Assembly (NCBI GenBank): GCA_964461255.1
Contig: CAYWTR010000004.1
Span: 46,395 to 110,394 of the forward strand
Origin: an uncultured Fibrobacteraceae bacterium
Lineage (GTDB): Bacteria; Krumholzibacteriota; Krumholzibacteriia; LZORAL124-64-63
Direction: 5' to 3'
Length of the DNA: 64,000 nucleotides
Made by a program: the position numbers and the translations under genes
Notes under the pieces: model-generated
Told to the model about the DNA's origin: nothing
Seen by the model: only the letters and a program-made list of their open reading frames with translations
Databases searched by the model: none
In this document: in pieces, positions 36,901 through 44,994 of the stretch
Layout of the letters: each line of letters begins with the position of its first letter
How positions within the stretch are numbered: the stretch's first letter is position 1

Positions 36901-37703
36901 CGATCGTGCTGGCCTGGGTCGACTTCGTGCAGCCGGCGCCCTGGGACGCGACGCTGTTCTTCCTGCATCCGACGCCGATTCCCTCGCTGCCCGGGCAGAT
37001 GGTCTACGCGGCCGCCCACGACCCCTTCCTGCTGGTGCCGATGCAGTGGTCGTCGGGCGGGGAGATCTTCCCGGTGGCCTTCGTCAACGACAACGGCATG
37101 GTGCCGCTGGCCGCGCCCGCTCCCGAGGCGCAGGTGGCCGGCCGCCTGGTCACGCTGTCCTGGACGTGCGACGACCCGTCCGTCGAGGGGTTCCATGTCT
37201 ACCGCCGCCACGCGGCGGGAGGCGGTGGCGATGGCGGCGGCGGCGAGGCGGCGCGGTTGACGGCACAGCCGCTGCCTCGTCTGGCGGCGCGCTGCCTCTA
37301 CAACGACGACGTCGGCGCGTTGCCCGCCGCCGCCGTGCTGCGCTATCACTACACGCTGCTGCGCGGCGGACAGGAGGTCGCGCGCAGCCCGGAGACTGCG
37401 GTGGCTCTGGGAGGGGGCGTGCCGGCGGCGTTCGCCCTGCACCCGCCGCGCCCCAACCCCTTCAATCCCTTCGTGACGGTCGCCTTCGACGTGCCGCACC
37501 CTTGCCGGGCGCGGCTCGAGGTCTACGACGCCGCCGGCCGTCGTCTGCGCGTCCTGGCCGAAGGCGATCTGGACGCCGGCCGCCACGAGCGCCTTTGGGA
37601 CGGCCGCGACGCCGCCGGCCGCGCGGTTTCCAGCGGCACGTACTACTGCCGCCTGTCCGCCGCCGGCTTCGCGACGCTGCGGACGATGACGCTCTTGAAG
37701 TAG
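33969..37703 (+). CDS. Giant Cys-rich cell-surface protein: duplicated novel N-domain, 7 tandem ~95-aa Ig-like (ASH/choice-of-anchor-D-like) repeats, and C-terminal T9SS-type sorting domain
   Basis: Signal peptide. Repeats have the pattern C..SP..LDFG.V.VG....F.I.N.GGG.L.G.V...C..FA...G.G.F.L..G..R.V.V.F.P...G...C.V..G..C....C.G.G, with four conserved Cys each. The N-domain DILGIYFDTA...GWECAVE is repeated at residue ~890 (DVLGVYFDTAG...GWECCVE). The C-terminus (PRPNPFNPFVTVAFDV...GTYYCRL) is a T9SS CTD. RBS ggagg. Confidence 0.7.
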   Translation: MRTRRPDLLSPANVGRVCLLLLALPLLAPAAAGVEPGQDILGIYFDTAAGGDAVATTEAPQLVTGYLILRNASAVAGVSGWECAVELQGEGVLTMGWELAAGYNFADPPSFLVGIGTFDRLPWAPAIVLATGSFLVTSPAGHGRFYLHPHDPPSLPDTPAPIYAAGNDETDLRPLGWPRGDRALPVAAINPALGGPYCTATPSRLDFGTVVLGQTATAGFLVGNAGGGVVAGSVGAPSNDAFTVIAGGGPYELASGQSHEVLVSFQPQADGEFAAALDACLPVLLQGRGALEAPCRLEPAAIDFGEVTAYSSTYANFTITNASAFPFSGFVASLCSEIEVLAGGGSYTLVPGQQRPVTLLLRPVTVGPFSCEIAVGGECSTLPCQAVVVEAPPACLVSPAALDFGRVAVGGHADRQFSFWNSGGGLLEGEVAADCEHFAILSGAGPFSLAHGHTRDVVVRYAPQTHDAHTCAVTFGESGCGPVICSGVAPLCSVTPDTLDFGIVDRYTSADLAFTIANPGGAPISGEVAESCARFSLVAGGGAFTLAPGEQRIVVVRFLAEVAGTFTCVVTTGTDCADVFCRAVAVEPPPLCAISPPALEFGVVNVGASVERSFTITNTGGGLLQGAVSSPCPEFAVIQGGGGYALAHNSSRIVRVRFTPAQDGPRSCEIATGGACAVVPCSGTGVGPFCAITPASLDFGQVRVGASRELTFVVRNVGGGWLDGQPSADCAAYAIVAGGEPFHLGPGQTRLVTVRFAPQTTGEHVCDVSPGADCAPVHCTGTGADPPPGCWLEPAQLDFGALQPGPGQTRDLVFTINNGGPDMVSGDVQAACEHFALIAGAGPFTLAPGEVRPVTVRYAPSAYGQHACAVQIGTDCGQILCTGSFGPATSEDVLGVYFDTAGQNNHIWTTQPFEPVRAYLILKNASQPSGVGGWECCVEMVGPSTGMSWTVAGGGTNFLQAPCFAVGYGVVPPPWSPAIVLAWVDFVQPAPWDATLFFLHPTPIPSLPGQMVYAAAHDPFLLVPMQWSSGGEIFPVAFVNDNGMVPLAAPAPEAQVAGRLVTLSWTCDDPSVEGFHVYRRHAAGGGGDGGGGEAARLTAQPLPRLAARCLYNDDVGALPAAAVLRYHYTLLRGGQEVARSPETAVALGGGVPAAFALHPPRPNPFNPFVTVAFDVPHPCRARLEVYDAAGRRLRVLAEGDLDAGRHERLWDGRDAAGRAVSSGTYYCRLSAAGFATLRTMTLLK

Positions 37704-37751
37704 CGCGGGGGCGGGATGGCTGCCATCGCCCGCCGGTAAGGAGCGGAGAGA

Positions 37752-38336
37752 ATGCAATCGAGAACCCGGAAGCACGGCCTGCCGATCGCGGCGGGGCTGC
37801 TGATCCTTCTCGGCATCGCCGGGGCCTTTGCCCTCGAACTGGACCTGCCGTGGGACCCCGGGATTTGCGTGGGATGGAGCGATGTCATAGTGGAAGGCAC
37901 GCTCGACAATCTATGGGACACGGCGCCCAGGGAGATGCCGGAACTCGATAACTTCCGCTTCCGTGGCCAGGCTGGCGTCGTGACGGTCGCGCGGGTGGTC
38001 TACGACAAGACCGGCCGTGGCCTGGCGCGCGGCGACACCCTCTCCTTCTTTCACAGGACAGCAAGCGAGAGCGAGCCGCAGGGCGACATCGGCTTGCACA
38101 TCAGCGACAAGCCCAGGCCCATCGACGTTCAGGTTGGTGCGACAGGCTACTTCGCATTCAAAGCTGACACGTCCCGCCTCCGACCGGCATGGACGTTCTT
38201 CATCGGCGAGGAGCGCGCGAAGGAGGTGGACGCGTTTCTGGCCAGCCTGCAGGCGGACTCCGCGGCGACGGTGGGCGCGCTTCTGCAGCGTCATCATCCG
38301 TTCGGCGGGTTCACGTTTCTACCGATCGGCCGGTGA
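37752..38336 (+). CDS. Secreted hypothetical protein
   Basis: N-terminal signal anchor (LPIAAGLLILLGIAGAFA), good RBS (aaggagcggagagaATG), non-repetitive composition. Confidence 0.45.
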   Translation: MQSRTRKHGLPIAAGLLILLGIAGAFALELDLPWDPGICVGWSDVIVEGTLDNLWDTAPREMPELDNFRFRGQAGVVTVARVVYDKTGRGLARGDTLSFFHRTASESEPQGDIGLHISDKPRPIDVQVGATGYFAFKADTSRLRPAWTFFIGEERAKEVDAFLASLQADSAATVGALLQRHHPFGGFTFLPIGR

Positions 38337-38527
38337 GCGGGCACCGGCCGAACGCGACGCGCTTCGCGACCGAGCAACACTGCTTGCCGCCGGCGCTGAC
38401 ATCTCGATATTTCCTGGCATGACACAGGCGGCGTCCCGGCCTGACAGATTGGCTGTCTGGTCGTCGAGAAGAGACGGGCGTGCTTTCTATATTATTTTAT
38501 TGCAAAGTTTTAATGGCGCAATCCCCC

Positions 38528-38543
38528 TGGCCTGCCCCTTGCA
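38528..38543 (+). promoter_or_regulatory. Sigma-54-like -24/-12 promoter (TGGCCT-N5-TTGCA) upstream of the Hsp20 triple cluster
   Basis: The GG and GC elements are at consensus spacing, inside an AT-rich island ~70 nt upstream of the first hsp20 ATG. Confidence 0.35.
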
Positions 38544-38615
38544 AAACCGCCCCGCGTCGGCGCTGAGCGCGCCATCATTCGAGCGATGACAAAACCAGCA
38601 GAGGAGGTCACGGCC

Positions 38616-39059
38616 ATGTGGATGTCACCGTGGCTTGCTCCCGGCGGGGGCCGGGACGTGTGGGACGAGTTCGATCAGCTGCGGGCGGGGGTGGATCGGC
38701 TGCTGCGCAACCACTGGACCGAGGGCGAGGCGCCGGCCGGCAGCGCGATGAACGTCTGGAGCGGCGACGAGGACATCGTCGTCACCATGCTGGCGCCCGG
38801 GCTGGGTCCGGAGCAGATCGAGATCGCCGTCGAAGGGCAGGAGCTGATCATCGGCGCCCGGCCGGCCAAGGAGCCTCAGGAAGAGCGCCGCTGGCTGCTG
38901 CGCGAACGCCGCAGGCCGCGTTTCGCCCGCCGGCTGCGCCTGCCGTACCAGGTCGACACCGGCAAGATCGAGGCGACGGTGCGCAACGGCGTGCTGCGGG
39001 TTGTCGCCCCGCGCGCCGAAGAGGACAAGCCGCGCCGCATCAAGGTGCAGGGCGCCTGA
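38616..39059 (+). CDS. Small heat shock protein, Hsp20/alpha-crystallin family (1 of 3)
   Basis: Alpha-crystallin domain (IEIAVEGQELIIGAR...GVLRVVAPR). RBS gaggagg. Confidence 0.8.
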   Translation: MWMSPWLAPGGGRDVWDEFDQLRAGVDRLLRNHWTEGEAPAGSAMNVWSGDEDIVVTMLAPGLGPEQIEIAVEGQELIIGARPAKEPQEERRWLLRERRRPRFARRLRLPYQVDTGKIEATVRNGVLRVVAPRAEEDKPRRIKVQGA

Positions 39060-39092
39060 GGCCGCTGGTGGCTGGGTAAGGAGGACGAAGCG

Positions 39093-39479
39093 ATGAACCA
39101 CGAATTGCAGACGCGGACGGCCGGCGGCGGCGAGCCCGTGAGGAGCTGGCCGCAGATCGAGCCGCGGGTCGACGCCTGGCGCGACGCGCAGGGTGTCGTG
39201 ATGGAAGTCGAGCTGCCCGGCGTGGGCAAGGACTCGATTGAGATCCAGGTCGAGCGAGACATCCTGACCATCGTGGGGCACGGCGCCGAGTTCGACAACG
39301 GCGACCGACAGCTGACGCACCAGGAGTACCGCATCGGCGACTATCGCCGCGAATTCACCCTGCCCGACGATGTCGACCGCGATCGGGTCGAGGCGGCGAT
39401 CGAGCAGGGGGTGCTGCGCATCCGCCTGCCGCTGGCCGAGCAGGCCAGGCCGAGGCGGATCGATATCAAGACCACCTGA
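39093..39479 (+). CDS. Small heat shock protein, Hsp20 family (2 of 3)
   Basis: Alpha-crystallin domain (IEIQVERDILTIVGHG...GVLRIRLP). RBS aaggagg. Confidence 0.8.
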   Translation: MNHELQTRTAGGGEPVRSWPQIEPRVDAWRDAQGVVMEVELPGVGKDSIEIQVERDILTIVGHGAEFDNGDRQLTHQEYRIGDYRREFTLPDDVDRDRVEAAIEQGVLRIRLPLAEQARPRRIDIKTT

Positions 39480-39525
39480 GAGATACCGTTCGGCGCGTCA
39501 ACGCGCGCGCGAAAGGAGGTTCGCG

Positions 39526-40029
39526 ATGAGCATGCGAGAACTGGTTCCCTGGAGCTGGGGCAGGCGGGAGGCGAGCCTCGCGCCGGCCGCCGGCCACGAC
39601 CCTTTCCTGGCGCTGCAGCGCCAGATCGACGACCTGTTCAACGGCTTCGCGCGGTCGGTCGGCTGGCCGGGCGCCGGCACGGCCGAGCGGGCGGCGCTGC
39701 TGCCCAGCGTCGACCTGGTGGACGACGGCGACAAGCTGGTGCTGACCGCCGAGTTGCCCGGCATGAGCGAGAAGGAAATCGAGCTGACGCTGCGCGAGGG
39801 GGCGCTGGTCATCCAGGGCGAGAAGCGGGAGGAGCGCGAGGTCAAGGACAAGGACGTCTACCGCCTGGAACGCAGCTATGGTAAGGTGCACCGCGCCGTG
39901 CCGCTGCCGTGCGCGGTGAAGGAGGACGCCATCAAGGCCTCCTTCAAGCACGGCATCCTGACCGTGAAACTGCCTAAGCAGGAAGGCGCGGCGGACCGCA
40001 GCCGCCGGATTCCGGTCGCCGCCGGCTGA
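39526..40029 (+). CDS. Small heat shock protein, Hsp20 family (3 of 3)
   Basis: Alpha-crystallin domain (LVLTAELPGMSEKEIELTLREGALVIQGE...GILTVKLPK). RBS aaaggagg. The longer ORF from 39370 overlaps gene 2. Confidence 0.8.
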   Translation: MSMRELVPWSWGRREASLAPAAGHDPFLALQRQIDDLFNGFARSVGWPGAGTAERAALLPSVDLVDDGDKLVLTAELPGMSEKEIELTLREGALVIQGEKREEREVKDKDVYRLERSYGKVHRAVPLPCAVKEDAIKASFKHGILTVKLPKQEGAADRSRRIPVAAG

Positions 40030-40078
40030 GCCGCGCGGGATTCGGCTGGTGCGCGCGTCGCCGGCAGTGGACCGTGCC

Positions 40079-40115
40079 GAGGGGCGGGCATGGCGCCCGC
40101 CCCGCCGCCTTTTTC
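40079..40115 (+). terminator. Rho-independent terminator (9-bp GC stem GGGGCGGGC/GCCCGCCCC, 5-nt loop, TTTTT tail) after the hsp20 cluster
   Basis: Perfect inverted repeat followed within 6 nt by a T5 run. Confidence 0.5.
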
Positions 40116-41127
40116 GCAGCCGCTCGAGCGCGCCGCGCGAGAGGAGGAGCGGTTGCCATCGCACGCGTCATGTCGCCTCCTGATTCCCGCGCTGTTGGCC
40201 GAGGCGGGCGATCTGCGCCTGCTCGAGGCGACGCTGGCGGGCGTGCCGGAGGCGCTGCCGGCGACGCTGCATCCGGCGGTGCAGACCACCGGCGCGTTCT
40301 CGCCTCCTCCGGATGATCTGGGCGAGCGTCTGGCCGCGGCGGGCGGCGCCGCCCGCACGCAGCCGCTGTTGCTTGGCGGACCGCGCGGCAAGTGGGGGGC
40401 GTTGCGCGAGGCGTTCGCGCGCGTGGCGCCGGTCCCGTGGTGCGCCGTGGCCGACGGGGACGACGCCTACGACACCGCCGTGCTGGTCGAGCTGCTGGCG
40501 CGCGCCCGGCGCCGGGGCGGCGACCTCTACCAGGGCCAGCGCGAGCAGATCCTGCTCGATCCCTCCGATCTGGGGCGGCGTCGCGCCCTGCTCGAGCCGG
40601 TGGTCAACGAGTGGCTGCGGCTGCGCCTGGCCGCGCGCGGGGTGGCGCTGTCTCCCGCGCTCTGGGACCTGCAGAGCGGTTTGCTGCTCGTGCGCTTCGA
40701 ATTGCTGGCGCGGTTCTTCGCCTTGCCGCGGATGGACCAGCCGTGGCAGGAGGGGCCGCCGGCCGCGGCCGCGGCGGAGGGCGCGGCCGTGCTGGAGGCC
40801 GGCGCCGGCGCCGCCGATCACGTTGCGCCCGGCGGGCGCGGCGGCGGTCTGCCCTGGGGATCTTACGGCGGCGAGCTGCACCTGCACGCCTTCGCCGCCG
40901 GCCTGGGGGCGGCCGTCGAGCCGCATCCGGTGCGCGAGCGTTTCGGCCGCGTTTCCGGGCAGACGCCGGCGGGGATCGGCCGGCAGCTGGCGGCCTCGGC
41001 GCTGCTGGGCCTGCCCGCGCCGGGCGAGCTGGAGCGCGCGGCGTCGGCCGCCGCGCGCGGGCGCGGGTGGTCGGCGGACGTGGTCGCGGCGGCGCTGGCG
41101 GCCGCCCGCGAGGCTCTCGGCGCGTGA
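40090..41127 (+). CDS. Hypothetical protein (possible DxD-motif nucleotide-sugar transferase-like fold); gene boundaries doubtful
   Basis: ORF of 345 aa with a WCAVADGDDAYD (DxD-like) motif. However, the annotated ATG lies inside the loop of the upstream terminator hairpin, and the protein is Ala/Arg/Gly-biased. Confidence 0.3.
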   Translation: MAPAPPPFSQPLERAAREEERLPSHASCRLLIPALLAEAGDLRLLEATLAGVPEALPATLHPAVQTTGAFSPPPDDLGERLAAAGGAARTQPLLLGGPRGKWGALREAFARVAPVPWCAVADGDDAYDTAVLVELLARARRRGGDLYQGQREQILLDPSDLGRRRALLEPVVNEWLRLRLAARGVALSPALWDLQSGLLLVRFELLARFFALPRMDQPWQEGPPAAAAAEGAAVLEAGAGAADHVAPGGRGGGLPWGSYGGELHLHAFAAGLGAAVEPHPVRERFGRVSGQTPAGIGRQLAASALLGLPAPGELERAASAAARGRGWSADVVAAALAAAREALGA

Positions 41128-41290
41128 GGCGCGGCGGCGGTTGACGCCGCCATGACGCGGGGCCCCCTGGTCAAACCGCCGCCGATCCGCTAGAATACCA
41201 GCATCAGCCGCCCAGCCCGCTGGACGCGGCGTCCCTTTTCGTTCGCCCCTGAGCGCGCGCTTGGACCCTCATCCCAGGAGGCGACACGCC

Positions 41291-42661
41291 ATGGATCCGC
41301 GCAAATACCTGGCCATCCTGCTGGCCCTCGCGCTCGGCGTCGGCCTGACGCTGGGCGGGTGCTCCGAATCGACCCGACCGGCCGGCGACGGCACCGCCGG
41401 CAAGGGAGCCGCCCTGGTCGAGGGCACGCTCGATCCCGGCGGCCAGACGTTCCTGCTGCAGGCGCTGGATGATCCGCCGCCCGGCATGGGCCCCATTCCC
41501 GTTCGCCTGATCGGCAGCAACCTCGACGTCGATCCCGTCGCCGAGACCGTTTCGCTGGACGTGGCCATCCGCAACGTGGGCCCGCGGCCTCTCTACGCGC
41601 CGGCGATGGTCTACGTGGCGCGTCTGATGCCGCCGGAAGTGACCGTGACCAACGCCGACGTCGTCCTCGACGGGCCGCCGCCGGCGGCCGTCGTGCCGGG
41701 CGATCCCGGGCCCGTCTACGGTTTCAATTACAGCCAGCTCCTGGGCGATGACGACATCCTCAGCCCGGACGAGACGTCGGCGTCGCGGACCTGGATCTTC
41801 CACGTGCCGGGGTTGACCAGCTTCTCGTTCGCGGCGCGCGCCGAGTTCGGCCTGGTGCCCGATCTGCCGCGCATCGCCGGTCGCTGCTTCGTCGATCTCA
41901 ACCGCGACGGCCAGCCGCAGCCCCATGAGCCCCCCTTCCGCTTCGGAGTCATCGCCGCCGCAGGGCCGGGCGGTTTCCAGGTGACCGCCCACCCCGATCC
42001 CCTGGGCCGCTATCTGATCCCGGTGACCGAAGCCGGTCTCTACACGCTGCGATTCGTGCCGGGTCCTCACCTTCCGCCCCCGCCGCCGACGGGATCCGCG
42101 GCCGGCGGCTCCACCGGCGATGTTCCCGCCGACGCGGACGATGATCCGGACGACGGTTGGGCCGATCGCCTGGTCTTCACCACGCCCAATCCCTTGCAGG
42201 TGATGCTGCCGCCCGGTCCGGACGGCTCGCCGGCCAGCTTCCTCGGCGCGCACTTCGGCGTCTGGTGGCCGCGGGAGGACGGCCATCCGCCCATCGTCCT
42301 GTCCAACCTGCCCCCCGACTCTCTGCAGGGCGATTTCTACCGCTTCCTGGGCGGGCGGGTGACCGGCGACATCCTGCGGCTGCGCGTCGGCTTCAGCGGC
42401 TGCAGTCCCGACCATCCCTTCACGCTCTATGCCGCCGGGCCGGTCATGGAATCGTATCCGCCGCAGGTGTTCGTGGTGCTCGAACACGACGACCGGGGCG
42501 AGCTGTGCGACGCCTACTGGGAGCGCGAGCTTTCCTTCGATCTGCGGCCGCTGCGCCGCTGGATGCAATGGCCCGGGCCGATCGTGCTGGTGCTGCTCGA
42601 TCATGGGGGAGATGCGCACCGCTTCATCTACGGTCCGTGGCCGCCGCCGGATCGGCCCTGA
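41291..42661 (+). CDS. Lipoprotein, hypothetical
   Basis: Signal peptide with lipobox (LTLGGCSES). aggagg RBS. Sigma70-like promoter (TGGTCA-N17-TAGAAT) upstream. Confidence 0.55.
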   Translation: MDPRKYLAILLALALGVGLTLGGCSESTRPAGDGTAGKGAALVEGTLDPGGQTFLLQALDDPPPGMGPIPVRLIGSNLDVDPVAETVSLDVAIRNVGPRPLYAPAMVYVARLMPPEVTVTNADVVLDGPPPAAVVPGDPGPVYGFNYSQLLGDDDILSPDETSASRTWIFHVPGLTSFSFAARAEFGLVPDLPRIAGRCFVDLNRDGQPQPHEPPFRFGVIAAAGPGGFQVTAHPDPLGRYLIPVTEAGLYTLRFVPGPHLPPPPPTGSAAGGSTGDVPADADDDPDDGWADRLVFTTPNPLQVMLPPGPDGSPASFLGAHFGVWWPREDGHPPIVLSNLPPDSLQGDFYRFLGGRVTGDILRLRVGFSGCSPDHPFTLYAAGPVMESYPPQVFVVLEHDDRGELCDAYWERELSFDLRPLRRWMQWPGPIVLVLLDHGGDAHRFIYGPWPPPDRP

Positions 42662-42745
42662 GCGGACCGTCCTGAGCGGCAGCACGCGCGTCGGCTTGCG
42701 GCGACACGCGTCGGCGCGCCGCGGCGCGCACGCAGGAAACACGAC

Positions 42746-42773
42746 GGCCGGGCGCCGAGGGCGGCGCCCGGCC
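42746..42773. terminator. Bidirectional stem-loop terminator (11-bp perfect GC stem GGCCGGGCGCC/GGCGCCCGGCC, 6-nt loop) between convergent genes
   Basis: Perfect inverted repeat located between the stops of the 41291(+) and 42799(-) genes. No U-tract, which is common in high-GC genomes. Confidence 0.35.
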
Positions 42774-42798
42774 GCTGCCATGAGCCACGCTGGCTTCG

Positions 42799-43380
42799 CT
42801 ACCGGTACAGCTGCTTGATGGCGCCCAGGGTCTGCCGCTCGCCAGGCACCGGCGACTCGATCGTCAGGACGTTGTTGTCCTCGAAGAACTCGATCACGGA
42901 CTCGCCGAAATCCACGATGGCCTGCAGCAGGCTCACGCCCGCCAGGTAGACGTTGGGGAAGACGACCGACCACTGGTGCGCGCAGAAGCACGCCACAGGG
43001 ACGCCGGGAGCGGCCAGCGCGCACTGGCCCGGCACCATCATGCCGTTGATCAGCCAGAGATCGCAGCCCGGGTCGTCGACGCAGGCCGGGCCCATGCCCT
43101 GCCAGTTCGGATAGTAGGTGCACCCTGGAGCGGTGTAGATGCTGTAGTCGATCCAGATCTGATCGTGCAGCACTCCGTCGAGGATCAGCGTGACGTCGGT
43201 CGTGTTGGCGGACAACGGACCATGCGCCCGCAGGTCGACCACGACGACGACGTTGGCCAGGCCGCCCCCGGCCGGATTGATCTCCACCGTGGTGACCGCG
43301 AGATCGATGTTCGCGGCGGCCGGCGCGGCGAGCGTGGACAGGACCAGGGTCAGGAGCGCGGCTGTGAGCAGTTGTTTCAT
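42799..43380 (-). CDS. Secreted hypothetical protein
   Basis: Signal peptide (MKQLLTAALLTLVLSTLAAPAAA). ggaggagg RBS. Cys-containing, non-repetitive. Confidence 0.5.
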   Translation of the reverse strand: MKQLLTAALLTLVLSTLAAPAAANIDLAVTTVEINPAGGGLANVVVVVDLRAHGPLSANTTDVTLILDGVLHDQIWIDYSIYTAPGCTYYPNWQGMGPACVDDPGCDLWLINGMMVPGQCALAAPGVPVACFCAHQWSVVFPNVYLAGVSLLQAIVDFGESVIEFFEDNNVLTIESPVPGERQTLGAIKQLYR

Positions 43381-43733
43381 GACCATCCTCCTCCTCAGGA
43401 TGGGCCGGGTGACCGGCCTGGCGATGACCCGTTCCCTCGGCCCCCCCGCCGTAGGGAACAGGCGAAAGCGAATACGTCAGGCGCTGCCGCAGGCCAGAAC
43501 GGCGGTCGACGAGACCGAAGCCGCAAGGCGGCGCCCGATGGGTGCGCCGGAACACGAGCTGAGAGGCAGGATTGGCAGACGCCAGGGCCCGGCGCGCGAG
43601 AATGATAACACGATTGCATTTGCAACGGGGGAAAAAGCGCGGCGGTGAGCATGCGCGCGGCGGCATCGAGGACGATCACGCCGGTGGCGACGCGCAGGTT
43701 GCGGTTGACATGCGGCGCCGTGCAGTCAAGATC

Positions 43734-43797
43734 GGCACGGCCCGGGCGGCACGGCCCGGGCGGCACGGCCCGGGCGGGCGGCCCGGGCGGGCGGCGG
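43734..43797 (+). repeat. Tandem direct repeat (CGGCACGGCCCGGGCGG)x~3.5 in the intergenic region
   Basis: Visible direct repetition: cggcacggcccgggcgg cacggcccgggcgg cacggcccgggcggg cggcccgggcggg. Confidence 0.5.
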
Positions 43798-43847
43798 CAC
43801 CGGCGGCGCCCGTTGGCCCGACGCCATGGCAAGGAGGTCGAAGCCCG

Positions 43848-44855
43848 ATGCTGGACCCCATCCCTCCGGCTCCCGCGGCGCCCGCAGCCTCGCGCCGCGC
43901 CGCTTTGCTGGGACCGATGCGGCTGCCGTTCCTGCTGTTGGCGCCGGTTTGCGCCGCGGTGGGAACGGCGACCGCGGCGGTGGCGGCGCGCGCCGCGCGC
44001 GCGACGGGCGCGGCCGGCGCGGCCGGCACGGCCGGCGCGGCGGGCTCCGCGTCCGCCGGCCCGCCGCTCGACCCCTGGCACGTGCTGCTGGTCATGGTGG
44101 GGGCCGTCGCCGCCCACATCGCCGTCAACGCGCTCAACGAGTACGACGACTTCCGCAGCGGGCTGGACCTGCGTACCCGGCGCACGCCGTTCAGCGGCGG
44201 CAGCGGCACCTTGCCCCAGCAGCCGCAGCGGGCGCGCTGGGCCCTGGCCACCGGGCTGACCGGCATGGCCGTGGCGGCGGTGATCGGCCTCTACTTCTGG
44301 CGTCTGCGCGGCGCCGGTCTGCTGCTCGTCGGCGTGCCGGGGCTGGCCTTGACCGCCGCCTACACGCCGCTGCTGACGCGCTCGCCGCTGCTCTGTCTGG
44401 TCGCGCCCGGGCTCGGCTTCGGAACCTGTATGGTGCTGGGCGCACACTTCGCGCTGTCCGGCGTCTACACCGCCGCCGCGCTGGTCGCCTCGTGCGTGCC
44501 GTTCTTCCTGGTCAGCGGGCTGCTGCTGCTCAACCAGTTCCCCGACCTGGAGGCCGATCGCGCCGTGGGCCGCCGCCATCTGATCATCGTGCACGGACTG
44601 CGCGCCGGCGTGGCGGCCTACGGCGTGCTGCTGGCCGGCGCGTTCGCGGCCGTCGTCGCGGGCGCGGCGACGGGCCTTCTGCCTCGCCTGTCCTTGTCGG
44701 CGCTGGCGACCCTGCCCCTGGCCGCCGCCGCCTGGCGCGGGGCCCGGCGCCACGCGGCCTCGCCGGGCGACCTGATCCCGGCGCTGGGCCAGAACGTGGT
44801 GGTCGTGCTCCTGACCCCGCTGCTCCTGGCGGCGGGCATTATGCTGGGACGCTGA
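43848..44855 (+). CDS. UbiA-superfamily prenyltransferase (MenA-like polyprenyltransferase)
   Basis: Eight to nine TM helices. NEYDDFRSGLD Asp-rich motif (NxxxDxxxD) is typical of UbiA/MenA. aaggagg RBS. Confidence 0.7.
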   Translation: MLDPIPPAPAAPAASRRAALLGPMRLPFLLLAPVCAAVGTATAAVAARAARATGAAGAAGTAGAAGSASAGPPLDPWHVLLVMVGAVAAHIAVNALNEYDDFRSGLDLRTRRTPFSGGSGTLPQQPQRARWALATGLTGMAVAAVIGLYFWRLRGAGLLLVGVPGLALTAAYTPLLTRSPLLCLVAPGLGFGTCMVLGAHFALSGVYTAAALVASCVPFFLVSGLLLLNQFPDLEADRAVGRRHLIIVHGLRAGVAAYGVLLAGAFAAVVAGAATGLLPRLSLSALATLPLAAAAWRGARRHAASPGDLIPALGQNVVVVLLTPLLLAAGIMLGR

Positions 44856-44994
44856 ACGGATGCGGCCGCCGCCGCCGGCGGCCTCTTCCCGGAGGCGCGG
44901 GCCCGCGCCGATCCAACCTGACCAGCGGTTTCAAATGCCATTCAACCGTTCGCTGCCGCGGCCGATAAGCCTTGCAGCCAGGAGGGTATCCATG

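Noticed and set aside
43381-43847. Possible riboswitch or ncRNA in the 467-nt intergenic region upstream of the UbiA prenyltransferase
   Set aside because: It contains a tandem repeat and several short palindromes (e.g. TTGCATTTGCAA) but no recognisable riboswitch core (SAM, TPP, cobalamin, etc.). It is left as unexplained non-coding sequence.
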